Below are positions 62,601 to 63,925 of a stretch of DNA of 63,925 nucleotides, piece after piece; position 1 is the first letter of the stretch, and the number at the start of each line of letters is the position of its first letter. The notes beneath the pieces are model-generated. The model had not been told where the DNA came from. It ran no database searches and was given only the letters and a program-made list of their open reading frames with translations. The translations under genes and the position numbers were made by a program. Source of the DNA: Negaprion brevirostris (taxonomy: Eukaryota); the NCBI GenBank assembly GCA_030324005.1, contig JARDVH010000084.1:62929735-62993659 (forward strand). Reading direction: 5' to 3'.

Positions 62601-63679
62601 GGTTTGTGATAAGGACAAGAGGCACTTTCTTTATATAATGCTTGCTGTTACTGAATTACTATAGAGATACTTGCTCACTGTAGAGACACTTGTGACAAGT
62701 ATGCTTCGTGATCCACGTTAAAAATGAACTGGTTGCTGCTTCAGACTTGCCGATCACAAAATTCAGCGAAATATTTCAGGCACCTTCAAAAGGCCTAGTT
62801 AATGGCACTATGTTGTTTGTCTTCATAGGACAGGTATTGACAGTGTTCATTGCTATGGGCATGCACACACCCTTCTGATCCATATTGGATAAACAAAGCT
62901 GGGAAGGTAGCACCAGTTGGAATAGTGCCAGCTGCAACCACAATAGAACCAGGTCAGATAGGAAGCATTGTTTCCATGGTGTGAAAGGATGTACAGAATA
63001 GGAACTAGGATTTGATCTCTGGATCAAAAACCATGGGTGGTGGATAATAGCAAGTTAGGGTTGAATTCAGAATAGATAGGGCTGAACTGGGAAAGCAATG
63101 TCTGCCTGTGAATACAATGCATTGTCAAGATCTAGACCCCAACTGCTGCTCATTCAGTGCTAGTTTAGTTCCATGTTTGTCAGTTGATTATCTATGGCTG
63201 TACAGTGTAAATACCCGGCTCTCGAGAATGAACTACATGCACCATGTTAGTGAGTTAAACATAGTTATCGTTTACAAATTAAGACAATTTGCACAAACAT
63301 GGACAGAGTTGGCTTGTGGCCCCAAAACATGATGTAATCGTGTTCAAGCACAGTGTCTAAAACGAAAACAATATTTGACAAACCAGAACCTGGAAATAAC
63401 TATTGCAGAACTATTTTGATTACTTGAATAAAAACAATGTGCAGGGATAAGGGGAAAAGGTAAGGGGATGACAATAAGCCATAATGTTCATTTGGAGAGT
63501 TGGTGCAGACACAATGAGCCAAATGGCCTCCTTCTGTGCTGTAACAATTCAGTGTTCTGTGAAGCAATGAGTACCAAGTCTGCTTCACTGCAATGCACTG
63601 CTCAACATCAATCGGATGCTGGACCTGGTTGGATCTTTGGAATCTGCCAAAGTGTGCTGACCAACTGACCAACACCATG

Positions 63680-63925
63680 AGGAGGTACAGTTTAGAATAA
63701 GGGGCAGGAGATTCAGAGGGATTCAGATTTGGTAAAAGGAAAATTCACTCAGACATTGGTGGGAATTTGAAATGCACTGTCTGGGAAAGTAGTGGACTCC
63801 TGAAATCTTACAAACCTTTGAAAAATATTTGGATGAGTCCTTGAAATATCACAGCATTCAAGGATATGGGACAAGTGCAGACAAATAGGATGGGCGTGCT
63901 TTTAGTGGGAGTTCTTGTTAGTGCA
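63680..63925 (+). mobile_element. CR1 LINE 3' fragment
   Basis: FTQTLVGI*NALSGKVV remnant. Confidence 0.7.

Noticed and set aside
46800-63925. An upstream RGS21 or RGS18 gene
   Set aside because: No FWLAC or YPRF-type exon was seen; the region is mostly repeats and gaps.

Overview
This is eukaryotic, repeat-rich genomic DNA with many N gaps, most likely from a shark or other cartilaginous fish, judged from HE1/V-SINE-type tRNA SINEs, DeuSINE-type elements, CR1 LINE tails and Penelope termini. It holds two tandem minus-strand genes of the R4/B RGS cluster. The first is an RGS1-like gene with exons 2-5 at 45476-43471. Its RGS1-type first exon runs into an assembly gap at 46408, and there is a second candidate 44-nt first exon at 45832-45789. 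The second is a complete 5-exon, 182-aa RGS gene at 26086-23641. It sits where RGS13 would be by synteny but carries an RGS2-like 'MENN' motif and non-canonical residues at all three G-alpha selectivity positions. The most unexpected item is an isolated, intact, splice-site-flanked exon homologous to the transcriptional regulator TRERF1 (18420-18199, minus). It lies about 5 kb downstream of the second RGS gene, on the same strand and in a compatible phase, and I found no other TRERF1 exons. The rest is mobile DNA: a decayed PIF/Harbinger transposase, MITE families, RTE/CR1/L2/Rex1 LINE fragments, LTR-like elements, Penelope-type inverted termini with hammerhead-like cores (one in sense orientation in an RGS1 intron), and minisatellites. 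All family assignments come from manual reading and recall of known sequences; no searches were run.
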